DNA of 61,456 bases, counting the filler, from Globobulimina sp. (lineage: Eukaryota), in the NCBI GenBank assembly GCA_003354225.1. It is 18 parts of 18 records of this genome, joined end to end, with 100 filler letters (N's around TTAATTAATTAA, not from the genome) between each part and the next. Parts side by side here need not be neighbours in the genome. Positions count along the whole stretch, not along the records: positions 30,793 to 34,112 come from PIVH01003099.1; positions 34,213 to 37,531 come from PIVH01003100.1; positions 37,632 to 40,950 come from PIVH01003101.1; positions 41,051 to 44,369 come from PIVH01003102.1; positions 44,470 to 47,787 come from PIVH01003103.1; 13 more parts are not named here. One strand, written 5' to 3'. The position numbers and the translations under genes are program-made. The notes under the pieces are model-generated. The model was not told the origin of the DNA. It did no database searches and saw nothing but the letters and a program-made list of their open reading frames with translations. Positions 34,077 to 44,938 of this stretch are shown here, piece after piece; the first letter of the stretch is position 1, and every line of letters begins with the position of its first letter.

Positions 34077-34921
34077 AATAACTACGATACTTTTGAAGTA
34101 TGCATGAGAAAANNNNNNNNNNNNNNNNNNNNNNNNNNNNNNNNNNNNNNNNNNNNTTAATTAATTAANNNNNNNNNNNNNNNNNNNNNNNNNNNNNNNN
34201 NNNNNNNNNNNNATCGATATTGTTCCAACCACCAACTACAAACAACCGTTTTTTATTACTTTTCATTTTCCCGCTGACTATTATTAAAAAAAAAAAGCGG
34301 ATACAGCTAATGTCAATCAGAATCGCAGGCAAACGAAGCCTTGAAACATCCTAATGCTTACTGGCCAGTTTTGAATGCATATTGTATGCACGAACGAGGC
34401 TCATGACGTACGCCAGAGGGGATGAACATAGATTCTATGTTGATCAATGCACTAACTACATCCTAACCAAATCCTATAACACTATATCTGCAGTATACAG
34501 TTGAAAGCAGAATGTATTACTTTGAGTTTTATTTGAAGTTAATACAGAAAGATCTCCAAATTTATTTGTTAGTGTCACAACACTAAACTATAACTATTAT
34601 TATTTAGTATTAGTATAGGATAGTAACTTAGATGGTTATGCAGAACACAACCACTACAATCAACTGGATGGTGAATGTTATAACTGGATTGGCTTATTCT
34701 TCCCTTGCATTACAAATGTATATATATAGTACAACAATATGAGATGAATTTATTTATGGGACATTTTTGAAGCAAACGAATCTATAGATTTGGTGGATGT
34801 ATTCTGATGTTCTGGATACAGAATTAAATGAAATAGCAACATTCAAAAAAACAACAAAAAATTCTTAAATAAAACAAATCGAATGTCTGTCTGACAAAAG
34901 TATCATCAAAAAAAGTACAAA

Positions 34922-37531
34922 TCAAGGCACCTCATCCTCTGATTCCTCTCCATTGCCATTAGCGATATTGAGCGGACCAATTTCAACAACATCTGTCTTA
35001 TTATTATCAGCACCAACTGGTGAATTATTATCGGATAAATCTATATGGCGATCAATGGCCATAACATTTGATGAATTTGGTCCAAACCACGACAACAAAA
35101 CAGGCAAAACAATTAAACCATGCACAGAGCCAATGAGTGTGACCAAGAAGAACTGTCTGAAAAATACACGAAAGATATAAGTCTGCGAGCCAGCCATTGC
35201 AACCACAGCCAAAAAAGTGGAGAAGGCGCCGTTAAATACGGATGAACCAATACGGTACAATGAATCAATAATTTTTTCTGCTTTGCTGGTTTTCTGTGAC
35301 AACACAAATGCTTCACCAACGTGCGCCGAATAATCGACTGCTAAGCCAATGGCAATGACTGTATAACACACAGTGACCGCATCGATAGTCAGTCCCCATA
35401 ACCACATAAAGCCTAAGACATCGACAATGGTACAGATCACTGCCAATATCACCAACAGAGCTGCACTCATTTTAGGGATCAATATCAATGCGATAGCAAA
35501 CACCACACCGATGGCCAGAGCTAAATTGCGATAAAATTCCTGTGCAATCACTGCATATTGCTCCCATAATAACATTTGAAACGTAAAGGCAAAAATGTCA
35601 TCATTTCTGCTGCCAACAATCTCAATCATATCATCGCGCACTGCCGACATTGCACTCACTTGACTCGCTGCGTCCAGCACAGCATTTTGTTGGTATTTAC
35701 CAATCATAAAAGCACCATTCAAGCCCAACTCTGGTCGGCTCGCATTTTTCCAGGCAATTAAGCCATTGTATTGTGCACCGACGCCATATAAAAAGGAGGA
35801 TAACGTAACATAGTAGTTATTGGGTGTGATTATTATGTTATTTTCATCTGCAAACTGCCAAAATGATAAATGCCAATCATAGACACTGTCTTTTTGCAAA
35901 TAAGACGCGTTTTTTAGTAAATAATTGCAGTCAAATAGGTCTTGTTTGTAATTGAGATAATTGATATCTTTTGAATATATAAATATCGGTGTTCCGGTTT
36001 CAAAATATTCGTCCCGCCATGCATAATAATCCTGCAATATATATATATATGTGTATTGTGTACGTGTTTGCATATCACATTAATTTTTCATATTATTAAA
36101 TGTTCAAAATATGCGTTACTAAACTTGCAAATATGAGGTGTCCGGTATGAACCATTCGATTTTAAAATCTTGCTTTAACTGCGTTGCGCCATAAATACTA
36201 AATGCAAACATCCCCATTGCAACCAATAAAATAACTGTTTTCACCCACATATTCATCATTTTCTCGCCAATCCATTTAAACATTTTGCGCGAGATTTGCG
36301 TGGGTATTTTATGCAAACAACAGCAATATGACAATGATTGCGATTGGTCTTCATTCGCATTCGAAGGCGGCGCAGATTCATTGACAACCAATTCAGGGAA
36401 CATTGGATGATACGTTTTTAATTTCACACAGCAACAACAGTCCATTCTATTACTTGCCGCTCGTTTGTGGTCAATGACGACGCAGCCGGCGAAAAAGGTG
36501 ATATTTAACATAAACACGAAACATACACTGAACGCCGCAAACAAACAAAATGCTTTCAACGCTGGCAACACTGTGGTTGACCCGATGCCGAACGCTAAAA
36601 CATCCGTCAATGACGTTATCAGAATGGAGACACCTTTGGAAACACAGACAATCTGACAAAGTGCAGCACATTTTGCCACTAAATATTGTACAAACCCGCG
36701 TGTTTCATGGTTCTTTGCATAATTTGAGCAGCATCACAGTCAGCATCACCGCTCAATATATTATCTCGAATTTGCTGTTGAAACTCGCCCGCAATGATAA
36801 ATGCGTCATCTTTTTTATTAATTTCAGTATATACAATGTATTATATTTAAAATTAAGATACAATGTAAATGACAGACCAACACCGAGTCCCAACACCAAA
36901 AATGGCAATGATGACGATAGCGGGGTGTAGATAATGGACAATGCGCCAGCTAAGCCATAACTGCCTAATACAGACAGTGCGACAGTTAATATCGCACATA
37001 ACGACAGGCCGAGCATACTGTGGATGTAATCTCTTTTGCCCAATGCAATGGTCGTGTACACCATCAGCAAAGTGCAGCCTATAGCGTATGAAGTGGCATC
37101 TGCGCCGATTGCGGCAGCAAATTCCGAGCCAAAGGCCTGTACAAAGGACGGGATCACGCGGCAATCCGTGCAATCATACTGCAGTAATTTGTCACTGACG
37201 CCTAATTCCCATTTTTCACGCGATGGGTCTATGAATTTATTATTTACATCGATAGTTTGGGCCTCTACGTTGTATGTCCCTTGCAACACTGCGCCGGATA
37301 TTATGTTCTCGTCGCCGTCGTATTGCAAGCCACCTTACAATTAATTTGGTGTTGTTTTGCTTTGCTGAAAAGGAGAGTGATATGTATATGAGGATAACAC
37401 CTATGATGGCAGGTAAGTCTATTCTGGCTGTAATAAGGGGATCGTTTAGCAATTGTAATACTATTTCATCTGTTAAACTTGTTATATTTTGTCTGGAATA
37501 GCCGACAATGTCTAGAATATTAGTCATAGCA
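34922..37531 (-). CDS. Patched/NPC1-like sterol-sensing-domain RND protein, multi-exon, 5' truncated
   Basis: LPFLVLGLGV, GVSILITSLTDVLAF.IG..T.LPAL..FC, WFIPDTSYL, AIGLAVDYSAH, HGLIVLPVLLS. Confidence 0.92.
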
Positions 37532-37707
37532 NNNNNNNNNNNNNNNNNNNNNNNNNNNNNNNNNNNNNNNNNNNNTTAATTAATTAANNNNNNNNNNNNN
37601 NNNNNNNNNNNNNNNNNNNNNNNNNNNNNNNTTTGGGTTTTGTGAACCGGGTGAATCACCAGAGTTGTGTCTGAACGGGACGTTTGCCAGGGGTGGCAAA
37701 CTACCTT

Positions 37708-38021
37708 GCGCTCCCTCCGGTGGTGTTTTATACGCCTAAGGAATTGGGTGGATTGGGCATGTTATCCATGGGACACATTATCATACCGGAGAGTGACCGG
37801 AGATATTCCTCGCAAAGTGAATTGGAAGTATCACACTGGCGGCAAGGGATGGACAGCAGCAATACATTGATACCAAACTTATTTCAATATATTACGCCGT
37901 GGGAGTCTGAGTTTAATGATTCGCAACGAGTCTGGGCAGAATATGCAAATAAAAAACAGGAAGCCATTGAACAAAATAAGCGATTGACACTGGAAGATTT
38001 AGAAGATTCATGGTTTGTAAT

Positions 38022-38080
<59 letters not shown>

Positions 38081-40924
38081 ATACATAGGGATAAAGGCAT
38101 ACCACGCATCAATACATTGTTTCAAAAAGATCGACATACATTGGCGTATGATAAGGGTTGGAGAGTACGGACTCATTTTAAAAAGTATCAAGTGCTGCGA
38201 CAAAATCCATTTTGGTGGACCCATCAGAGACACGATGGTAAGTTATGGAATTTAAATAATTATCGGACCGATGTGATTCAATCGTTAGGCGGTGTGGAAG
38301 GCATTTTGGAGCATACGTTATTTAAAGGAACCTATTTCCCAACGTGGGAGGGTTTGTTTTGGGAGAAAGCGTCGGGATTTGAAGAGAGTATGAAATATAA
38401 GAAATTGACCAATGCACAAAGAAGTGGTTTAAATCAAATACCGAACAGAAGGTTTACATTATGGTGGTCTCCCACTATTAATCGAGCCAATGTTTATGTT
38501 GGCTTCCAAGTGCAACTCGACCTGACCGGGATCTTCATGCACGGCAAAATACCGACATTGAAAATCTCACTGATTCAAATATTCCGAGCGCATTTATGGC
38601 AGAAAATCCATGAATCGTTGGTTATGGATTTATGTCAAGTATTTGATCAAGAATTGGATGCATTGGAAATTGAAACGGTACAAAAAGAAACCATCCATCC
38701 GCGTAAATCATATAAGATGAACTCTTCCTGTGCTGATATCCTATTATTTGCAGCATATAAGTGGCAATTATCCAAACCATCGCTGTTATCGGATGGACAA
38801 GAATCGTATGATGGTGCCACTACCACCAAATATTGGATCGATATACAACTGAGATGGGGCGATTATGACTCGCATGATATTGAGAGATATTGTCGAGCAA
38901 AATTTTTAGATTATACCACGGATCAAATGTCATTATATCCATCGGCCACCGGTGTGTTATTAGGCATTGATTTAGCATATAATGTGCACAGTGGATATGG
39001 TAATTGGTTCCCAGGCTCGCGGACATTATTACAGCGAGCCATGAATAAAATCATGAAAAGTAATCCCGCATTGTATGTATTACGGGAGAGAATACGGAAA
39101 GGATTGCAATTATATTCGAGTGAACCGACTGAACCATATTTATCGAGTAGTAATTATGGCGAATTATTTAGTAATCAAATCATATGGTTTGTAGACGACA
39201 CGCAAGTGTATCGGGTGACTATCCACAAGACATTCGAAGGCAATTTAACTACCAAACCAATCAATGGCGGCATGTTTGTGTTTAATCCGCGTACCGGACA
39301 GTTATATTTGAAAATCATCCATGTCTCAGTCTGGGCGGGACAAAAGAGACTGTCGCAGTTAGCAAAATGGAAAACTGCGGAAGAAGTTGCTGCTTTAATT
39401 CGGTCGTTGCCCTCTGAAGAACAGCCGAAACAAATTATTGTGACTAGAAAAGGAATGTTAGATCCATTAGAAGTGCATTTATTAGATTTTCCAAATATTA
39501 TCATCAAAGGATCAGAGTTATCGCTACCTTTCCAATCCTTTGCCTCGTTGCAATCTTTTGGTGATTTGATATTGAAAGCTACCAAGCCCGCCATGTGTTT
39601 ATTTAATTTATATGATGATTGGTTGAAAACAATCTCATCGTATACGGCATTTAGTAGATTAATATTATTATTTCGGTCATTGCATGTAAACGTGGATAAG
39701 ACCAAATATATTTTGAAACCAAACCGATCGATTTTGACCAAATCACACCATATTTGGCCTACTTTAACCGACGAAGAATGGATATCGACAGAGATAGCAT
39801 TGAAAGATCTGATATTAAATGATTATGCAAAGAAGAATAATGTTAATGTGCAATCATTGACGCAATCGGAAATAAGAGACATTATCTTAGGGGCCGAGAT
39901 CACGCATAATATCCAAGAAGAACAAAGCAACAAAGAAGAGAAAAAAGAAGAAACGAGCGGCAGTAATAAGTTGTCGACGGTGATTACACAAACCACCAAT
40001 AAGCATGGCGAGGAAATGATTATTACCACCACTACACAATACGAACAAAAAACGTTTTCGTCCAAAACGGATTGGAGAATCAGAGCCATATCTTCCTCCA
40101 ATTTATATTTGCGTACCAATCATATTTATGTGTCGTCGGATGATATCAATGAAACCTCGCAATATACGTATGTTTTGGCCAAGAATGTGCTGAAAAAATT
40201 TATATGTATCTCGGATTTGCGCAGCCAAATTGGTGGATATATTTATGGACTGTCGCCCAAAGATAATGATAATGTGAAGGAGATACATTGTGTATTGATG
40301 CCACCACAAATTGGTAATCATATTAGTGTAAAATTGCCAATTACGCCACAGTCGCACGAGAATAATCCATTCTTGTCCAATATGCAATGTTTGGGATGGA
40401 TTCATACCCAAACTGCAGAATTACAAGAATTGTCGATTAAAGATATCATACAACACAATAAATTAATGTTTGCCAACAATCCGTATTCAATTATTATTAC
40501 TTGTTCATTTACGCCCGGCAGTGTTACATTGACGGCGTACAAATTAACCGCAAAAGGATTTGAATGGGCCAAAGACCACAGTAATTCACAAGGGCATGTG
40601 CATAATATGCATAACAGCAAAGGCTTATATGAGAAGGTACAAATGTTATTATCTGACAGATTTATGGGTTTCTTTATGATTCCAGACACACAATCATGGA
40701 ACAGGAATTTTGTCGGTGTTACATGGAATTTCAATATGAAGTATGGTATAAAATTGGGTAATCCATTACCATTTTATCATGAAATACATAGACCGACACA
40801 TTTCTTAAAATTTGCACAAATTGATAAAGAAATTGATAATCCATCAATGCACTCAATCAAAAGAAATAATAAAGACGACATATTTAATGACGATGAAACT
40901 GATCAACAAAATGCATTTGACTGA
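37708..40924 (+). CDS. PRP8: Pre-mRNA splicing factor Prp8, C-terminal part (intron 38013-38088)
   Basis: [93 protein letters not shown]. Confidence 0.99.
38022..38084 (+). repeat. (TTTATAC)n minisatellite filling the PRP8 intron
   Basis: About 9 perfect heptamer copies within a 76-nt intron. Confidence 0.95.
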
Positions 40925-41050
40925 CTTAACAATTTAAATTTACACACATTNNNNNNNNNNNNNNNNNNNNNNNNNNNNNNNNNNNNNNNNNNNNTTAATT
41001 AATTAANNNNNNNNNNNNNNNNNNNNNNNNNNNNNNNNNNNNNNNNNNNN

Positions 41051-41168
41051 CAACGAGCTGTTCGAAGGCGGCCAATCAATTGCCGCAGAAGCGCCGTTGG
41101 AACGCATTCCAATTTACCTGCGTGGGACTGACAATCCACTTCAAACTGTGTTCATTTCTGGTGACTAG
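41051..41168 (+). CDS. C-terminal fragment of a GH31-like glycosidase, bacterial style
   Basis: Frame from 41052 reads NELFEGGQSIAAEAPLERIPIYLRG...ISGD*, matching the GH31 GG..+...APL..IP.++R.G tail; higher GC than host DNA. Confidence 0.6.
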
Positions 41169-41182
41169 CCCGAAAGGGTTAG
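41165..41182 (+). terminator. Hairpin at the stop codon (CTAGCCC-GAAA-GGGTTAG)
   Basis: 7-bp stem with a GNRA loop; no U-tract, so function uncertain. Confidence 0.35.
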
Positions 41183-41375
41183 ACTGTAATAACAGATCAG
41201 CCTGTGGGTGTGAAAAACTCGGCCGGCTTGCAGTTCGGGTCAAGCAACCTATCGATTATCGTGATGCAAGCCTGTGAGGGTCAAAAACTACGAATACCCA
41301 GATTTCCATTATAGAAACCTGGGTATTCGATAAGGTATACTGCTGTGAGGCTAACAAAACTGCATGACTTGAGTT

Positions 41376-43037
41376 TCAGCCATCAGATTTGGTAAAAGAT
41401 ATAACTGTTAAATAATACAATGGATCCCTTCGATAACAGCACCCGAGGAATGCAGGGAAATAGAACTTGTGGCTATTGCCGCTATCGGCGGATTGTCTCT
41501 GCTTTTTGCAACATCCATTTCGATTCAACTCATGATGTATCAATCTCAGACATAATACTTTATCCACCACACTAAGCGGTGCTACTTTCAATGACAATGT
41601 ATCAAAAGTATCGAGTTGCTTTATTTTATGAACATCAGACGGATCTTTCATAAAATATATACCAGCCGTCATAGTATCAATAATTCTCAATGCGTTAATC
41701 CATACAGAATAATCCATTCCGGATTTTACATTTAATATTCTGACAAAATTAATAGGCAGTACGCCACCGCAAAATAAAATTTCACGCTCACTTGGAAAGG
41801 CTGACAGCCAATCACACCAAAAATATTTCAATTCGCGTTGAGGAATCAGGTCCAACACTAAGCCGTCAGCAGTGGAAAACTGCACAGCTACATTGAACTC
41901 AGTTGTTGTGGATAGCGGACCAAATATATTTGCCAGAGTGCTGTCAAAAAGCATCTGCTGATCGATTCCATGGTATACTCTTCGTACGCCACCATCAATG
42001 TATTTTGTACCAAACACTTGCACGGTTTCTCGCAGACACCTTGCAAAATGATGGTAGTTTGCATGTCTTTGTTTCACTGAGCATAATGGTTCAGAATCAC
42101 TTATTTTTCTATAGGTTTCAGATACTCTCCTTTGTAAAATATCGAACATGCAATAAATACTTACGACCAGCAAATGTTTGGTCTGCATGGCGGCACCTTC
42201 AGCGTACCCATAATGAACAGGATGATCCATTGCATATTGATGATTAGGTAAATATTGCTGGACATTGGCACGATGCGCTTTAGCTGCATCACTGCGTTGC
42301 AGCATAACTGCTGTTTCCATTTTCATATTCCATGATTGCAGCGAAATGCTGCACATTTGATTATTTATCAACTCATCTTTGAGCGATCGATACTTTGCAG
42401 GGACGTACAATTCAGAATAACTCAAAAACCATTTTGCATTTTCATGCGAGTTTTTGCATTTATCCCAATAATTAAATGGAAATGAATATGAATATTTAGT
42501 TAATTTGTCGTGGATTGAAAGTTGTTGCAACGGAGACGAAAATTTATTGTCTGTTCTGGATTTTTGTGGGCAAATTGTTTGCCGAATGCGTCTTTTTCGA
42601 AGTAATATGTTTCTCAATTTAATGAATCGTTGTTGTTGTTTCCTGTCATCTATTTTTTCAATTTCTTTGCTTTCTGTCGATGTGAGTTTAAATCCAATAT
42701 CATATGAATGGATATAATGACAATGAATCTGGTCCAATAATTGCTGTGTGATATGTTGTGTATTTGTTCCGTAATACCTTCTAATTATATGACAGTTCAT
42801 TGCGTCACATTTCTTATTTAAGCGGTCATAAATATACGCGAAATCGTAGTCTGCTGAATGTATCAACAATAAATGGTGGAAACTGTTCAGTAATTGCATA
42901 ACATCCAACTCATTTCTATCTGATGCCAACTGTTCAGTAATTTGAACCATTGTTTTTAATGCAATGCAATGTTCTATATGGTTATGACAGTTCTGTGGCG
43001 TTTCTGTCGCTGATGTTTCAATCAAAACCTGTTTCAA
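41376..43037 (-). CDS. Protein with ADP-ribosyltransferase-like domain; C-terminus runs into foreign-looking DNA
   Basis: VYHG ... GPLSTT...VA..F ... SAFPSEREILF follow the R-STS-ExE layout of arginine-type ARTs. Confidence 0.65.
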   Translation of the reverse strand: MKQVLIETSATETPQNCHNHIEHCIALKTMVQITEQLASDRNELDVMQLLNSFHHLLLIHSADYDFAYIYDRLNKKCDAMNCHIIRRYYGTNTQHITQQLLDQIHCHYIHSYDIGFKLTSTESKEIEKIDDRKQQQRFIKLRNILLRKRRIRQTICPQKSRTDNKFSSPLQQLSIHDKLTKYSYSFPFNYWDKCKNSHENAKWFLSYSELYVPAKYRSLKDELINNQMCSISLQSWNMKMETAVMLQRSDAAKAHRANVQQYLPNHQYAMDHPVHYGYAEGAAMQTKHLLVVSIYCMFDILQRRVSETYRKISDSEPLCSVKQRHANYHHFARCLRETVQVFGTKYIDGGVRRVYHGIDQQMLFDSTLANIFGPLSTTTEFNVAVQFSTADGLVLDLIPQRELKYFWCDWLSAFPSEREILFCGGVLPINFVRILNVKSGMDYSVWINALRIIDTMTAGIYFMKDPSDVHKIKQLDTFDTLSLKVAPLSVVDKVLCLRLIHHELNRNGCCKKQRQSADSGNSHKFYFPAFLGCCYRRDPLYYLTVISFTKSDG

Positions 43038-43244
43038 TGCACTTCATCAAAAAGTGACAAATATAATATATGCAAATAAAATAACTGAAGGGTTGTTCCT
43101 CCACATATTTGTAGTGGAATATGTTCTGTTATTTAAGTTCTGTGGACAAATGACTATGACACTCGCGACGACATGTTAGCTTCCACTTGAAGTTGCTTCT
43201 AGATTTCAATTGAGCTACTCATCAAAAACCTCCCTTGAGCTTAC

Positions 43245-43389
43245 ACTTTAGAATATGACCTGTTTGAAACACTGCGTTTTAGAAAAATTTTAAAACCTAT
43301 GGAGACGTCATCACCATCTCCTAACAAAACGACTTGCGAATTTGCGGATTTTAAAAACAATGTGTTTTAAACAGGTCATATTCTAAAGT
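43245..43389. mobile_element. MITE with 28-bp TIRs, probable TA target (Tc1/mariner-like)
   Basis: ACTTTAGAATATGACCTGTTTGAAACAC ... GTGTTTTAAACAGGTCATATTCTAAAGT (27/28); second copy at 13417. Confidence 0.75.
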
Positions 43390-44469
43390 AGTTGCCCTTT
43401 GTCAGTCTGCATATATTTGATTTTGCTCAGAAGCAGAATGGCTGAATTGGAAGGATCCATAGTCTATCAAACGAAAGAAGACAAAATGTTAAAAGTCCAT
43501 TGTAATAACACAAAAGCACGTGACACCATAAACACATTATCATTTGCAGCGACTGTGAAATTACAGATAACTAAAGTGTTGGATCAAGAAGAAAGATAAT
43601 ATATTGCAAAATGTCGCAGAGACATCAACTGTAGAATGTACTGGCATTTATGTGCATGGCTCCCTATATTATAATGATATCATCACATTCACATTCGTTT
43701 GTTCTCGATGATATTGCAAAAAATGAATATCGATATCCCAAAAATAGTTATATTGTAATTTCAGATTAAATTCTATATTGCATTATTCATCAGTCTGTAC
43801 AGTGTACACTCTTATTACAAGACTTCCATCCATTAAATATTTGGGCCAGAATTAAAAATTAAACCAATAGCTCGTAAGACTGTTTCCATGATGGCAGGCG
43901 ATATAGTTTTATTACATTGCATGCTGGCAAATCAAGTGGTGATGTTAATTATATAATAAGTATTCATTTGCGGTCAGTTCCGGTTTGCGCCACGGCGGAA
44001 TAATTTTGTTCGACGTTAATAAGTGATCGATGTCGTAAAAGGATTGGAAATACGCAAATGAAAGAGCTTATTCCTTATATAAATGGTTTCAAATAATAAT
44101 ATTTACAAACAACAAAAAATTAAAACAAACCAAACAAACAATCACATACATTCAAAAAGTAATAAATCTCGCCTATCTCCAACACTATCACTTGTTTGTT
44201 GTATTGATATTTTTATTTTTGGATATTTAATATTTAATGATGATGAAATTGATGAATATACATAAAATAACCAACTTCGTCTATCTCCACCTTCTTCTTC
44301 AACACAATCCTTCCAAATCCCATATAATGAACACTTGATTTTATTTGTTTTTCTTGTTTCACTTAAAATNNNNNNNNNNNNNNNNNNNNNNNNNNNNNNN
44401 NNNNNNNNNNNNNTTAATTAATTAANNNNNNNNNNNNNNNNNNNNNNNNNNNNNNNNNNNNNNNNNNNN

Positions 44470-44813
44470 ATGTTTGTAATAAGAGATTTGCTGCAAAATG
44501 GGATCTAAAAATACATTCAAGAATCCATGCAAATAATAGTGGAAAATATGCGAAATGCAAATTTTGTTCAAAATGCTTTACAGATCCTTCAAATTTAAGG
44601 AAACATATTCATGCAATTCATATGCATTCAATTGCAAAAACATCATTTATTTGTAAAATATGCCATAAATCGTTCAATCGGAAAGATACATTGCAAAGAC
44701 ATTGGACAACACATTGGAATGAAAAAAATAAAAAATTTCAATGTGCTAACTGTGCTACGATATTTTCATACAAATATAATTTAAATAAACATATTAAAAA
44801 ATTTCATCAATGA
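44470..44813 (+). CDS. C2H2 zinc-finger protein, C-terminal fragment
   Basis: Four fingers, e.g. CKFCSKCFTDPSNLRKH, CKICHKSFNRKDTLQRH, CANCATIFSYKYNLNKH. Confidence 0.9.
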
Positions 44814-44938
44814 TAAATTGTTTTTGACATTCTTGTTATTTTTTTATTCATAATTATTAAACCAAACTCGTATACTCTTCGTTTGTTATTCGTGCGTTTT
44901 CAATTTCAACTCAATAAAAAAGATTACTGTTATTTTAC

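Noticed and set aside
34213..34900. ncRNA or tRNA in the long non-coding stretch
   Set aside because: No cloverleaf, snRNA or rRNA signature recognised here or elsewhere in the window by eye.
37640..37707. Group II intron domain V/VI upstream of PRP8
   Set aside because: No convincing AGC/CGC triad helix with matching 3' strand and no AY terminus; kept only as an unexplained junction.
38340..38395. Possible PRP8 intein at the usual fungal insertion site
   Set aside because: [12 protein letters not shown] is contiguous, so the site is empty.
41195..41365. Hammerhead ribozymes from CTGTGAG...AAAAC motifs
   Set aside because: The CUGAUGA and GAAA core with flanking stems is not present.
43399..44369. 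Short ORFs after the MITE
   Set aside because: No recognisable motifs or consistent exon chain; may be decayed coding sequence but is not supportable.
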